From: Acidimicrobiia bacterium
GTDB lineage: Bacteria; Actinomycetota; Acidimicrobiia; Spongiisociales; ZC4RG35
DNA: 64,000 nucleotides
Direction: 5' to 3'
Assembly (NCBI GenBank): GCA_013812505.1
Contig: JACCTH010000017.1
Coordinates: 19,400 to 83,399 of the forward strand
A model generated the notes under the pieces. It had not been told where the DNA came from. It saw nothing but the letters and a program-made list of their open reading frames with translations, and did no database searches. Shown piece after piece: positions 1-8,235 of the stretch; positions within the stretch are counted from its first letter, which is position 1, and each line of letters begins with the position of its first letter. The translations under genes and the position numbers were made by a program.

Positions 1-2
1 TC

Positions 3-809
3 GACGCGCTCCGCAAGCTGACAAGCGGGCTTCACGATGGTGACCAGCGCCTTGGCAACGGCCCACTCGTTATTGAATTCGACGACGTCTCGTTCGCCTA
101 TGAGGACCAATTGGTCCTCGATCACGTCAGCTTCCGGCTCGAAGCTGGCAAGGTCCTCGGGCTTCTCGGACGAACCGGAGGCGGTAAGACCACTATCACG
201 CGGCTCATCTCCCATCTTTACGAGCCAACGACCGGCATCGTGCGATTGGGTGGGGTCGACCTGCGTGAGCTCAACCAAGCGTCGCTGCGCAGCGCACTGG
301 GGGTGGTGACTCAGGACGTGCAGCTCTTTCGGGCCACGGTCCGTGACAACCTGACGCTTTTCGGTGAAGCCGGCAACGACGAGATCCTCTCGACCCTGGA
401 TCGCACCGGGCTGGGCGAATGGGTCAGGTCGATCGGGCTCGACACCGAGCTTGGTGCGGGCGGTCAGGGGCTGTCGGCCGGCGAGCAACAGCTGCTGGCC
501 TTTGCACGGGTGTTTCTCCAGAACCCGGGCATCGTCATCCTCGACGAGCCCTCCTCGCGGCTCGACCCCGCCACAGAATCGGTGCTGGCAGTAGCGACAG
601 AAAGGCTCTTCGCGAACCGCACCGTGGTGATAGTTGCCCACCGACTCGAGACCGTGCGCACGGCCGACGAGATCATGGTGGTCGATGCTGGTGAGATCGT
701 CGAGCACGGGCCTAGGGAGGAGCTGGCCCAGGATCCCAACAGCAGGTACAGCCGGCTATTGGCCGTGGGTGGGTCTCCCACCGACGGGTTGCTCGAGGAG
801 AGCCGATGA
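3..809 (+). CDS. ABC exporter subunit, C-terminal ATP-binding domain (5' end outside window)
   Basis: Frame 3 is open from the window edge (..IEFDDVSFAY..). Walker A GRTGGGKTT, deviant signature LSAGEQQ, Walker B IVILDEPSS, H-loop VAHRL. The stop overlaps the next start (ATGA 806-809). Confidence 0.9.
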   Translation, partial: DALRKLTSGLHDGDQRLGNGPLVIEFDDVSFAYEDQLVLDHVSFRLEAGKVLGLLGRTGGGKTTITRLISHLYEPTTGIVRLGGVDLRELNQASLRSALGVVTQDVQLFRATVRDNLTLFGEAGNDEILSTLDRTGLGEWVRSIGLDTELGAGGQGLSAGEQQLLAFARVFLQNPGIVILDEPSSRLDPATESVLAVATERLFANRTVVIVAHRLETVRTADEIMVVDAGEIVEHGPREELAQDPNSRYSRLLAVGGSPTDGLLEESR

Positions 810-2539
810 CTCCGCTCTCCACCCTCGGGGTGATCCGCGAATTGATCCGCTATCGACCGGGTCGATTCTTCTTCTCGTTCTTCATGTGGGCAGTAGTCCA
901 CGGCTCGCCCCTTCTCTTTGGGATCCTCATCGGACAGGTCTTCGATCGTCTCGCCGGAGACGCTGACTTAGCCGCTACTGCCTGGACTCCCGTGGCGATC
1001 TTCGCCGCGGTGGCTATAGGCCGCAACGGGATCATCTGGCTGGGCGATCGTTCCTGGATCAACCACTGGAACGAGGTCACACTGTTGGTGCAGCGCAACC
1101 TCTTGCGCTGGCTGCTTGAAGCGCCGCGCAGCCGGGTGTTGCCGCTATCGCCGGGGGAGGCGGTCAGCACCTTCCGCGACGATGTCGAGGACTTGCTCGA
1201 GTATCTGGAGAACTGGGTCGATATGGGCGGGCTCGTCGTCTTCGGCGTGGGGTCGCTCGTGATCATGGCCGCGATCGATCTCCGCCTCACACTGCTCCTT
1301 TTGATACCGGTGTTGCTCACCGGAGTGATCACCCAGGCGCTCGGTCCGCAGATCCGCAAACGGCGCCGGGCAATGCGCGAAGCCACCGACGACGTCACCG
1401 GCTTTGTGGGCGAGACATTTGGGGCGGTGCAGGCGATCAAGCTCTTCCGAGCAGAGGAGCCGGTGCTCTCCCGGTTTGCGGGGCTCAACGACATCCGTCA
1501 TCGGGCGGCCTTAGCCGACACCTTCCTGACCGAGCTCCTGCGCGGGGTCAACCGCAACATGGCCACGATCGCCATCGCGGTGGTGCTGATCGTGGCAGCT
1601 TCTTCGCTCAACAACGGCTCGATGTCGCTGGGCGAGCTGACTGTGTTCCTCACCTACCTGCCTCGGCTGACCGACTACATGGCCTTCGTCGGCGACATCA
1701 TCGCCCAGCATCGGCGAACCGGTGTCGCCTTCGAAAGGATTCGCCAGCTGGCGGTTGACTCCACTGACGCCGACCTGTTGGATAAGACCAGGGTTCCTCT
1801 ATCCGGCCTTGATGTCGTCATGGAGGAAGCCCGGATCGAGATGGTGCCACTGATCCGGGTGTCAGTTCGCAACCTGGTCAAGGAAGGCGTCGACTTTGAG
1901 ATCGAGCGAGGAAGCTTCACCGTGGTCACCGGGAAGATCGGCTCGGGGAAGAGCACGCTCGTGCGGGCGTTGCTGGGCCTTATCCCGGCGCCGGGCGAAG
2001 TGTGGTGGAACGGCGAGCTGGTCGAAGACCGCGCCTCGTTCTTCGTGCCACCCCGATCCGCCTACACCGCCCAAGTGCCACGGCTCTTCTCCGAGTCGCT
2101 GGCCGACAACATCGCCCTCGGTCATCGAGCCGCCCGCGAGCGCCTACGACAAGCTGTTCAACTGGCCGTCCTCGATCCCGACTTGGAACGACTCGAGCAG
2201 GGCCTCGAAACGATGGTCGGCGCTCGGGGAGTGAAGCTCTCGGGTGGGCAAGTGCAACGGTCGGCTGCCGCTCGGATGCTGGTCACCGAAGCCGAGCTAC
2301 TGGTGTTCGACGATCTCAGCTCGGCGCTCGACCTCCACACCGAAACCGAGCTCTGGCGGCGTCTCTTCGAGCAGCGAGAAGCGACCTGTCTCGTGGTCTC
2401 GCATCGCCGGGCCGCGCTCGAACGAGCGGACCAAATCGTCTTGCTTGATCAGGGCCTTCTCATCGGCAAGGGAACCCTCGAGGAACTGTTGGCATCGTCG
2501 CCTTTGATGCGCGACCTGTGGGCCACCGGCGAGCGCTAG
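806..2539 (+). CDS. ABC exporter subunit, fused permease + ATP-binding domain (partner of the upstream gene)
   Basis: 577 aa. Hydrophobic N-terminal TMD. NBD has Walker A GKIGSGKST, signature LSGGQVQR, Walker B LLVFDD (Asp where the catalytic Glu normally follows) and H-loop VSHRR. Confidence 0.9.
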   Translation: MTPLSTLGVIRELIRYRPGRFFFSFFMWAVVHGSPLLFGILIGQVFDRLAGDADLAATAWTPVAIFAAVAIGRNGIIWLGDRSWINHWNEVTLLVQRNLLRWLLEAPRSRVLPLSPGEAVSTFRDDVEDLLEYLENWVDMGGLVVFGVGSLVIMAAIDLRLTLLLLIPVLLTGVITQALGPQIRKRRRAMREATDDVTGFVGETFGAVQAIKLFRAEEPVLSRFAGLNDIRHRAALADTFLTELLRGVNRNMATIAIAVVLIVAASSLNNGSMSLGELTVFLTYLPRLTDYMAFVGDIIAQHRRTGVAFERIRQLAVDSTDADLLDKTRVPLSGLDVVMEEARIEMVPLIRVSVRNLVKEGVDFEIERGSFTVVTGKIGSGKSTLVRALLGLIPAPGEVWWNGELVEDRASFFVPPRSAYTAQVPRLFSESLADNIALGHRAARERLRQAVQLAVLDPDLERLEQGLETMVGARGVKLSGGQVQRSAAARMLVTEAELLVFDDLSSALDLHTETELWRRLFEQREATCLVVSHRRAALERADQIVLLDQGLLIGKGTLEELLASSPLMRDLWATGER

Positions 2540-3516
2540 CCCAAATAGGACAACCGCTGATTCTCTTCATCCGAGCGGAGGCGCCCTGTCAGCACCAGGT
2601 GCTCGAGGTGGGCGACCGTTTCCCGCAGCGCCAAGCGTTGATCCATTGGGCTTAGATTCGGTCGAAACACTTGCTCCATCACCTCCCAGGCGCTCGTGCC
2701 GAGCGGCTTCACAACGTCGCGCATGTTGGCGAGCCGGCGCTCGTGGTGAAGTTGGATCTGATCGGCTCGCGCAGAACCCTGTGGAAGGACATCGCCGTGG
2801 GCCGGGTAGGTGGTGGTGAGACCGAGCTTCTCGATCTTTCGGAGGGATTCGAGGAACTCGCCGAGGACATCGGGAAACAACTCATCGTAAGCAACGAGCG
2901 GGGTGATCCGGGGAAGGATGTGATCGCCGGCGAAGAGCCGGCCGGTGCGGGAGTCGCGCAAACAGATGTGGGCGGGTTCGTGGCCGGGGGTGAAGATCAC
3001 CTCCAACTCCCGGTCGCTACCCACCGCGATGGCATCTCCTTCCTCCACCAATTGATCCGGCTGCTCGATGTTCGGCATCCAGTCAGGTCGGGGGCCGAGG
3101 TCGACAAAGTCGTCGAAGGAGCTCAAAGGCACCGCATGGCGCACCGCGAGGTCATGGGTTCGTTGCGCAAATCCCGCGCTGTCGTTGTAGCGGTCGACAA
3201 GCTTCGCCGCCCGTTGATGCATCACCAGGCGCATTCCGTAGGTCGACGTCAAATGCGAAGACATCCCGACATGGTCGGGATGAAGGTGGGAAACCACAAG
3301 TGTGTCGATCGCGGGCGGGCTGTAGCCGAGTTGGTCGAGGCCGCCAAAGAGCGCTTGGCGACACTCGGGGGAGTCGACGCCGCAATCGATCAATAACAGT
3401 CCGTCGCTCCCCTCGACCACGTAGGCATTGACCGACCGCGGGCTGTGAAAGGGGAGGGGAAGGTTGATGAGCGATATTCCCTGGCCGAGTCCGACGGCCG
3501 GGGACGTCTCACTCAC
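2536..3516 (-). CDS. MBL-fold metallo-hydrolase
   Basis: 326 aa. HxHxDH motif (VSHLHPDHVG) plus later His/Asp ligands (TPGHEPAH, AGDH). Shares a CTAG stop with the convergent ABC gene. Confidence 0.85.
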   Translation of the reverse strand: MSETSPAVGLGQGISLINLPLPFHSPRSVNAYVVEGSDGLLLIDCGVDSPECRQALFGGLDQLGYSPPAIDTLVVSHLHPDHVGMSSHLTSTYGMRLVMHQRAAKLVDRYNDSAGFAQRTHDLAVRHAVPLSSFDDFVDLGPRPDWMPNIEQPDQLVEEGDAIAVGSDRELEVIFTPGHEPAHICLRDSRTGRLFAGDHILPRITPLVAYDELFPDVLGEFLESLRKIEKLGLTTTYPAHGDVLPQGSARADQIQLHHERRLANMRDVVKPLGTSAWEVMEQVFRPNLSPMDQRLALRETVAHLEHLVLTGRLRSDEENQRLSYLG

Positions 3517-3730
3517 GACTCATCGACTCCCGCACCTTGAAGGTGATGTCGAGAACTACTTCAAAATCGGTCGGTACCCCGGCACTGTCCACCTGACCGG
3601 AGACGTGCACCACATCGAAGCGAGTGATGTCGCGAATGGTCACGGCGGCGCGGGCGAGCACGGTGCGGATGGCGTCCTCAATCGAGTCGGAAGAGCCTCC
3701 CGAAAGCCGAACAGTCTTGCTGATGATCAT
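3509..3730 (-). CDS. dodecin-family flavin-binding protein
   Basis: 73 aa. Size and sequence pattern (..GSSDSIEDAIRTVLARAA.T.R.I..F.V....G......F.V.L.I.F..) match dodecins as I recall them. Overlaps the downstream MBL gene by 8 bp. Confidence 0.7.
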   Translation of the reverse strand: MIISKTVRLSGGSSDSIEDAIRTVLARAAVTIRDITRFDVVHVSGQVDSAGVPTDFEVVLDITFKVRESMSRE

Positions 3731-3819
3731 GCTTGGGAGCCTACCCAGAGAACCTCCTCACTTTCTGGACGACGATGCGCGAGAATGTTCGGGACTGAGT
3801 CGATAGGTAAGGAGAACGC

Positions 3820-4335
3820 GTGACCAACGAGCCAAACTCGCATGAAGTGGATGCCCAGACCAGGCGGGATCGAGTGGTCGTCGATCGCAAAACCTGGAGT
3901 CCGGCCCAAATTGTGGCCGGGGTGGCGGGCCTATTCCTAACGGTGTTGGGGGCGGTTGCCGCCCTCCGGGTGGGATTCGACTTCGACGCGACCGATTCCG
4001 TGCTTGGGCTCACCCACACATTGTTGATGGCCGCGATTCACCTCGTCGTTGGAATCATCTATCTGGTCACGGCCGGCAATGCCTTGGGCAGCCGTGGCAC
4101 TCTGACCACCATGGGCCTTTTGCTCCTGGCCTTCGGTCTCGTTTACGGGATTGAAAGCGACTCGTTGGCAGGAGCGCTCGGCGGCGACCCGACGATCGGC
4201 TGGATCTACGCCATTATCGGCGCGGCCAGCCTCATCACCGCCTGGGTTTCGCCGACAATCCATGTCCGCCGGGAAGCAACCGCTCGCCGCACCGACACCG
4301 TCCATGAACAGGACCTCCCTCCTTCGATTCCTTAG
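3820..4335 (+). CDS. integral membrane protein (about 4 TM helices, possibly DUF4383-like)
   Basis: 171 aa. GTG start preceded by AAGGAG. Four long hydrophobic segments. No catalytic motif recognised. Confidence 0.6.
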   Translation: MTNEPNSHEVDAQTRRDRVVVDRKTWSPAQIVAGVAGLFLTVLGAVAALRVGFDFDATDSVLGLTHTLLMAAIHLVVGIIYLVTAGNALGSRGTLTTMGLLLLAFGLVYGIESDSLAGALGGDPTIGWIYAIIGAASLITAWVSPTIHVRREATARRTDTVHEQDLPPSIP

Positions 4336-4391
4336 GCGATTTTGGTGGCTATACCACCACGCGAACCTAAGGTTTGCGTAGTGGCTAAGGT

Positions 4392-4407
4392 ACGAACAGA
4401 TGTTCGA
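4392..4407. promoter_or_regulatory. LexA (SOS) box ACGAAC-AGAT-GTTCGA overlapping the dnaE2 start codon, with a TANNNT -10 candidate (TAAGGT, 4386-4391) just upstream
   Basis: Matches the actinobacterial/Gram-positive operator TCGAAC-N4-GTTCGA at 11 of 12 defined positions. The ATG at 4400 lies inside the spacer and right half-site. The core 14-mer differs by one spacer base from the box upstream of recA. Confidence 0.75.
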
Positions 4408-7400
4408 GTATGCCGAGCTGCATTGCCACACCAATTACTCGTTTCTGGATGGGGCTTCGCACGCCGAGGACCTTGTGGCCAAGGCCGTCGAGCTTTCTTA
4501 TCGCGCCTTGGCCGTGACCGATCACAGCGGCTTCTACGGGGCGGTGCGGTTTTCGACCGCGGCTCGGGAGGCAGGTTTGCCTGCGGTTTACGGCACCGAG
4601 ATTGGGATCAGTCGGAGTTGGAGCCCACCACCGAAACGGCCAAGTCCGGCGCCGATTCAGCCGGGTGCGCGGCGTCGAGGTCGCAACAAGCGGATGCATG
4701 GGCAGAAGCCAACCCAGAAGGAGCCAACTGATCATCTCCTGCTGCTAGCCGGCTCACCTGCCGGCTACCGCGCCCTTTCCCGCTTCGTCACCACCGGCCA
4801 GTTTCGAGGCGAGAAGGACCGGCCCGTCTTTCTGCAGAGTGACCTCGAAGCCCTGGCCAAGGTTTCGGACCTGGCTGTTTTGAGCGGATGTCGCCAGGGC
4901 GCGGTCGGCACCGCCGCGGGTCGTGGCGATCTCGCCGGAACCATGAGCGCCGCCATAGCCCTCCGCGAGATTTTCTCGGATCGCTTCTACCTCGAGATGT
5001 GGCATCACGGGATGCCCGAAGACGACCTCCGCAACGATCTGCTCTGGGAGGTGGCAGGGCGTCTCAATCTCGGAGTGGTGGCGACCAACAATGTCCACTA
5101 CCACCGGCGCGAGGACGCCGACCTTTCCGAGGTCCTTGCTGCGATCGGCGGAAGACGCTCATTGGAAACCGCCGACGGTTTTCGCCCTGGCACCGATGAG
5201 CGGTATCTCAAATCACCAAGCGAGATGAACAGGCGCTTCGACCGCTACCCGGGGGCGATCAGAAACGCCCTTGCCCTCGCCGAAGACCTCGCCTTCGATC
5301 TGAGGCTGGTGGCACCCCGGCTGCCGGACTTCCCGATGCCCGGCCATTTCCGTTCGGAGATGGATTATCTGCGCTTCCTCACTTGGGAAGGCGCTCGCGA
5401 GGTCTATCCGGGCAACGGCGACGGTTTGGTCGACCCGATGGCGCGGACTCGGCTCCAACACGAGCTCGACATCATCGAGCGACTCGGCTTTGCCGGCTAT
5501 TTCCTCGTGGTCTGGGACATCGTCCAATTTGCCCGCAGCCAGGACATCTACTGCCAGATCCGCGGCTCGGGGGCCGACTCGGCAGTGTGCCGCTGTCTCG
5601 GGTTGACCAGAGTCGATCCGATCCGGCTCGGTCTGCCCTTCGAGCGGTTCTTGTCCGAAGAGCGGGGCAGGCCGCCCGACATCGATCTCGATCTCGAAGC
5701 CGATCGCCGGGAGGAGGTGATCCAGTACTGCTATCGCCGCTATGGACGCGAACGGGCCGCGATGGTGGCCAACGTTGTCACCTATCGAGCGCGGTCGGTG
5801 TTGCGCGATGTCGGGAAGGCTTTGGGCTTCACCCAAGCCCAGGTCGATGGGCTCTCTCGTTATGTCGACAGTCACGACCCGGCCGCGATTCGCCTCGACG
5901 CTCCGCTTCCACCCGGCCTCACCGCCGAGTTGCTCTATGACGTTTGTTGGCGGCTCGACGGATTTCCCCGCCACCTGAGCATCCACTCGGGCGGGATGGT
6001 GATCGCCGATCGACCCCTCGCCCAGGTCGTGCCGCTCGAGTGGGGGAGGATGGAGGACCGTTCGGTCCTGCAATGGGACAAAGACGACTGTGCCGCGATC
6101 GGGATCGTCAAGTTCGACCTCCTCGGGCTGGGGATGCTCAACGCTCTCCATCTCACCGCCGACCTCGTCAAAGAGGCGCATGGCATCGAGCTCGACCTCG
6201 CCGTGATTCCCCAGGAGCCCTCGATCTATCGAATGCTGACCAAGGCCGACACCGTCGGCATGTTCCAGGTGGAGTCGCGAGCACAGATGGCAACCCTGCC
6301 AAGGATGAAGCCGGTCACCTTCTATGACTTGGCGGTCGAGGTCGCCCTGATCCGTCCGGGACCGATCCAGGGACAATCAGTGCACCCGTATTTGCGGCGA
6401 CGCAACGGCGATGAGCCGATCCGCTTCCCGCATCCGCTCACGGTCTCGATCCTCGAAAAGACGATGGGGGTCCCGATCTTTCAGGAGCAGTTAATGGAGT
6501 TGGCTCGGGTGTGTGCCGGCTTCGATGGCGGCCAATCCGACCGGCTGCGCCAGGCGATGACCCACAAACGGTCGGAGGAGGCGATGGGAAGACTGCGCGA
6601 CGAGGTGTTTTCCGGCATGGCGGGCAAGGGGGTGACCGGGGCGGCCGCCGAGGAGATCTGGGAAAAGCTCCAGGGATTTGCCCATTTCGGCTTCCCGGAG
6701 AGCCACTCGGTCAGCTTTGCCTACATCGTCTACATGTCCGCCTGGTTGAAGTATCACTGGCCGACCGAAACCCTGGCCGGGCTGCTCAACGCTCAACCGA
6801 TGGGCTTTTACAGCCCCAACAGCCTGGTCCAAGACGCCCGCCGCCATGGTGTTGAAACCCTGGCGCCCTGTGTCAACCGCTCCTTTCACGACTGCACTAT
6901 CGAGGGATGGGCAGCCGACCCCGACGACACTGTCACCTACTACGGAGCTGCCTGGCGGCGGGGGAGAGGGCCGGTCGAGGATCCGTTGCGCCCGTCGATG
7001 GCCGTGCGGCTCGGGCTGCGTTATGTGCGCAACCTCGGCGAGAAAGACATCGACCGGATCGAGGCTGCCCGCCAGATAGGTGGTGAGTTCTCGAGCCCCG
7101 AGGACCTGGCGTTTCGGACCGGGCTGTCGGTGCAAGCCCTTGAAGGATTGGCCGCCAGCGGGGCTTTGGAGTCGCTCGGTGTGGAACGGCGGGCGGGGAT
7201 CTGGGCCGCCGGGCCACTGTCCGAGATCGATCCCGAGCGGCTTCCGCTTTCACCCGGCACCGAAGCCCCCCCTTTGCCGGGAATGACCACAGAAGAAGAG
7301 CATCGAGCCGACCTCTGGTCAACTGGGGTTTCCAATACTCATCCGATCCAATTCATCCGGTCGGAGCTCTCCGCATCGGGTTGTTTGACCGTGTCAGATG

Positions 7401-7693
7401 CGCTCAACCTCCGCCGCAATGGGGTGGCCGCTGAGGTCGGGGGAGTGGTGACCCATCGCCAGCACCCGGGCACGGCGGCCGGGGTGGTCTTCTTCAACCT
7501 CGAAGACGAGACCGGGATGCTCAATGTTGTTGTCCTGCCTCCGATCTGGTCGGCCAACCGCGAGGTCGCCCGCAAGGCGGCGGCGATGGTGATCGGAGGT
7601 AGGCTCGAGTATCGAGATGGGGTCACCAATCTCGTTGCGCACCGGTTCACCCCGCTGCGGGTGGCCACTCTCCGTTCGCGCGACTTTCGCTAG
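4400..7693 (+). CDS. dnaE2: error-prone DNA polymerase III alpha-like subunit DnaE2 (ImuC)
   Basis: 1097 aa. PHP domain start YAELHCHTNYSFLDGAS. Pol IIIa core blocks (GFAGYFLVVWDIV, PPDIDLDLE, KFDLLGLGMLN, MFQVESR). C-terminal OB region without a long tau/beta-binding tail. Length and the SOS box fit the DnaE2 class. Confidence 0.9.
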   Translation: MFEYAELHCHTNYSFLDGASHAEDLVAKAVELSYRALAVTDHSGFYGAVRFSTAAREAGLPAVYGTEIGISRSWSPPPKRPSPAPIQPGARRRGRNKRMHGQKPTQKEPTDHLLLLAGSPAGYRALSRFVTTGQFRGEKDRPVFLQSDLEALAKVSDLAVLSGCRQGAVGTAAGRGDLAGTMSAAIALREIFSDRFYLEMWHHGMPEDDLRNDLLWEVAGRLNLGVVATNNVHYHRREDADLSEVLAAIGGRRSLETADGFRPGTDERYLKSPSEMNRRFDRYPGAIRNALALAEDLAFDLRLVAPRLPDFPMPGHFRSEMDYLRFLTWEGAREVYPGNGDGLVDPMARTRLQHELDIIERLGFAGYFLVVWDIVQFARSQDIYCQIRGSGADSAVCRCLGLTRVDPIRLGLPFERFLSEERGRPPDIDLDLEADRREEVIQYCYRRYGRERAAMVANVVTYRARSVLRDVGKALGFTQAQVDGLSRYVDSHDPAAIRLDAPLPPGLTAELLYDVCWRLDGFPRHLSIHSGGMVIADRPLAQVVPLEWGRMEDRSVLQWDKDDCAAIGIVKFDLLGLGMLNALHLTADLVKEAHGIELDLAVIPQEPSIYRMLTKADTVGMFQVESRAQMATLPRMKPVTFYDLAVEVALIRPGPIQGQSVHPYLRRRNGDEPIRFPHPLTVSILEKTMGVPIFQEQLMELARVCAGFDGGQSDRLRQAMTHKRSEEAMGRLRDEVFSGMAGKGVTGAAAEEIWEKLQGFAHFGFPESHSVSFAYIVYMSAWLKYHWPTETLAGLLNAQPMGFYSPNSLVQDARRHGVETLAPCVNRSFHDCTIEGWAADPDDTVTYYGAAWRRGRGPVEDPLRPSMAVRLGLRYVRNLGEKDIDRIEAARQIGGEFSSPEDLAFRTGLSVQALEGLAASGALESLGVERRAGIWAAGPLSEIDPERLPLSPGTEAPPLPGMTTEEEHRADLWSTGVSNTHPIQFIRSELSASGCLTVSDALNLRRNGVAAEVGGVVTHRQHPGTAAGVVFFNLEDETGMLNVVVLPPIWSANREVARKAAAMVIGGRLEYRDGVTNLVAHRFTPLRVATLRSRDFR

Positions 7694-8184
7694 ACGCAGC
7701 TCCAATAGCCCCAGCCAGAACCGCCGTAGACGATGTGCGCGGCGACCGCGACATTGACCGCGGGATCGAAGGGATCAGCGTCCGCCGGCAATCCCATGTC
7801 GGCCACTGCCGTGCTCCAATCGATTGGATCGATCTGGAAGAGGCCCACAGCTCCGGTCGACGGGTCGATCGCATCGGCGTCGAAGCGGGAAAGGCACCAG
7901 GCAAGCCGTACCGCCTGATTGACATCGCTGGCAGCAAAGTGGGCGTTGACCATCTCCCGGAATGCAACTGAGTCGAGCCACCCGGTCTCAAGCTCAACCG
8001 ACGAGGAAGGTGAGGCGGCCGTCGTCGCCGGGGCGGGGTCGGGTGCCTCTGAAGTGGTGAGGATTGCCTCGCTACGAACCTCACCGGCACGCGGCGCACT
8101 GGTGTTGAAAGCAGCGAATCCGACGATGGTGAGCAAGATCACCGCCGCCCAGCCAGCCATATGTATAAACCGATGAAAACTCAT
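7690..8184 (-). CDS. secreted/anchored lysozyme-like (SLT-type transglycosylase fold) protein, possibly non-catalytic
   Basis: 164 aa. N-terminal hydrophobic anchor (WAAVILLTIVGFAAF) followed by a Pro/Ala/Ser linker. The C-terminal domain has GAVGLFQI, resembling the SLT GAxGLMQ block. The expected E-S catalytic dipeptide position reads L-S. Confidence 0.5.
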   Translation of the reverse strand: MSFHRFIHMAGWAAVILLTIVGFAAFNTSAPRAGEVRSEAILTTSEAPDPAPATTAASPSSSVELETGWLDSVAFREMVNAHFAASDVNQAVRLAWCLSRFDADAIDPSTGAVGLFQIDPIDWSTAVADMGLPADADPFDPAVNVAVAAHIVYGGSGWGYWSCV

Positions 8185-8235
8185 GATTCCGACCCGGGAA
8201 AAAAGGTATTCGGCCGGTAAACCGGCAGCAAACCA

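Noticed and set aside
5213-6376. 387-aa ORF on the minus strand inside dnaE2
   Set aside because: It is antisense to a well-supported conserved gene. The Arg/Gly/Pro/Asp-rich, low-complexity translation is typical of spurious open frames in high-G+C DNA.
8185-8235. GCCGG-TAAA-CCGGC hairpin near a run of A (T on the minus strand), considered as an intrinsic terminator after the aroQ fusion
   Set aside because: The stem is only 5 bp and the T-tract is separated from it by about 10 nt, which is too weak to call.
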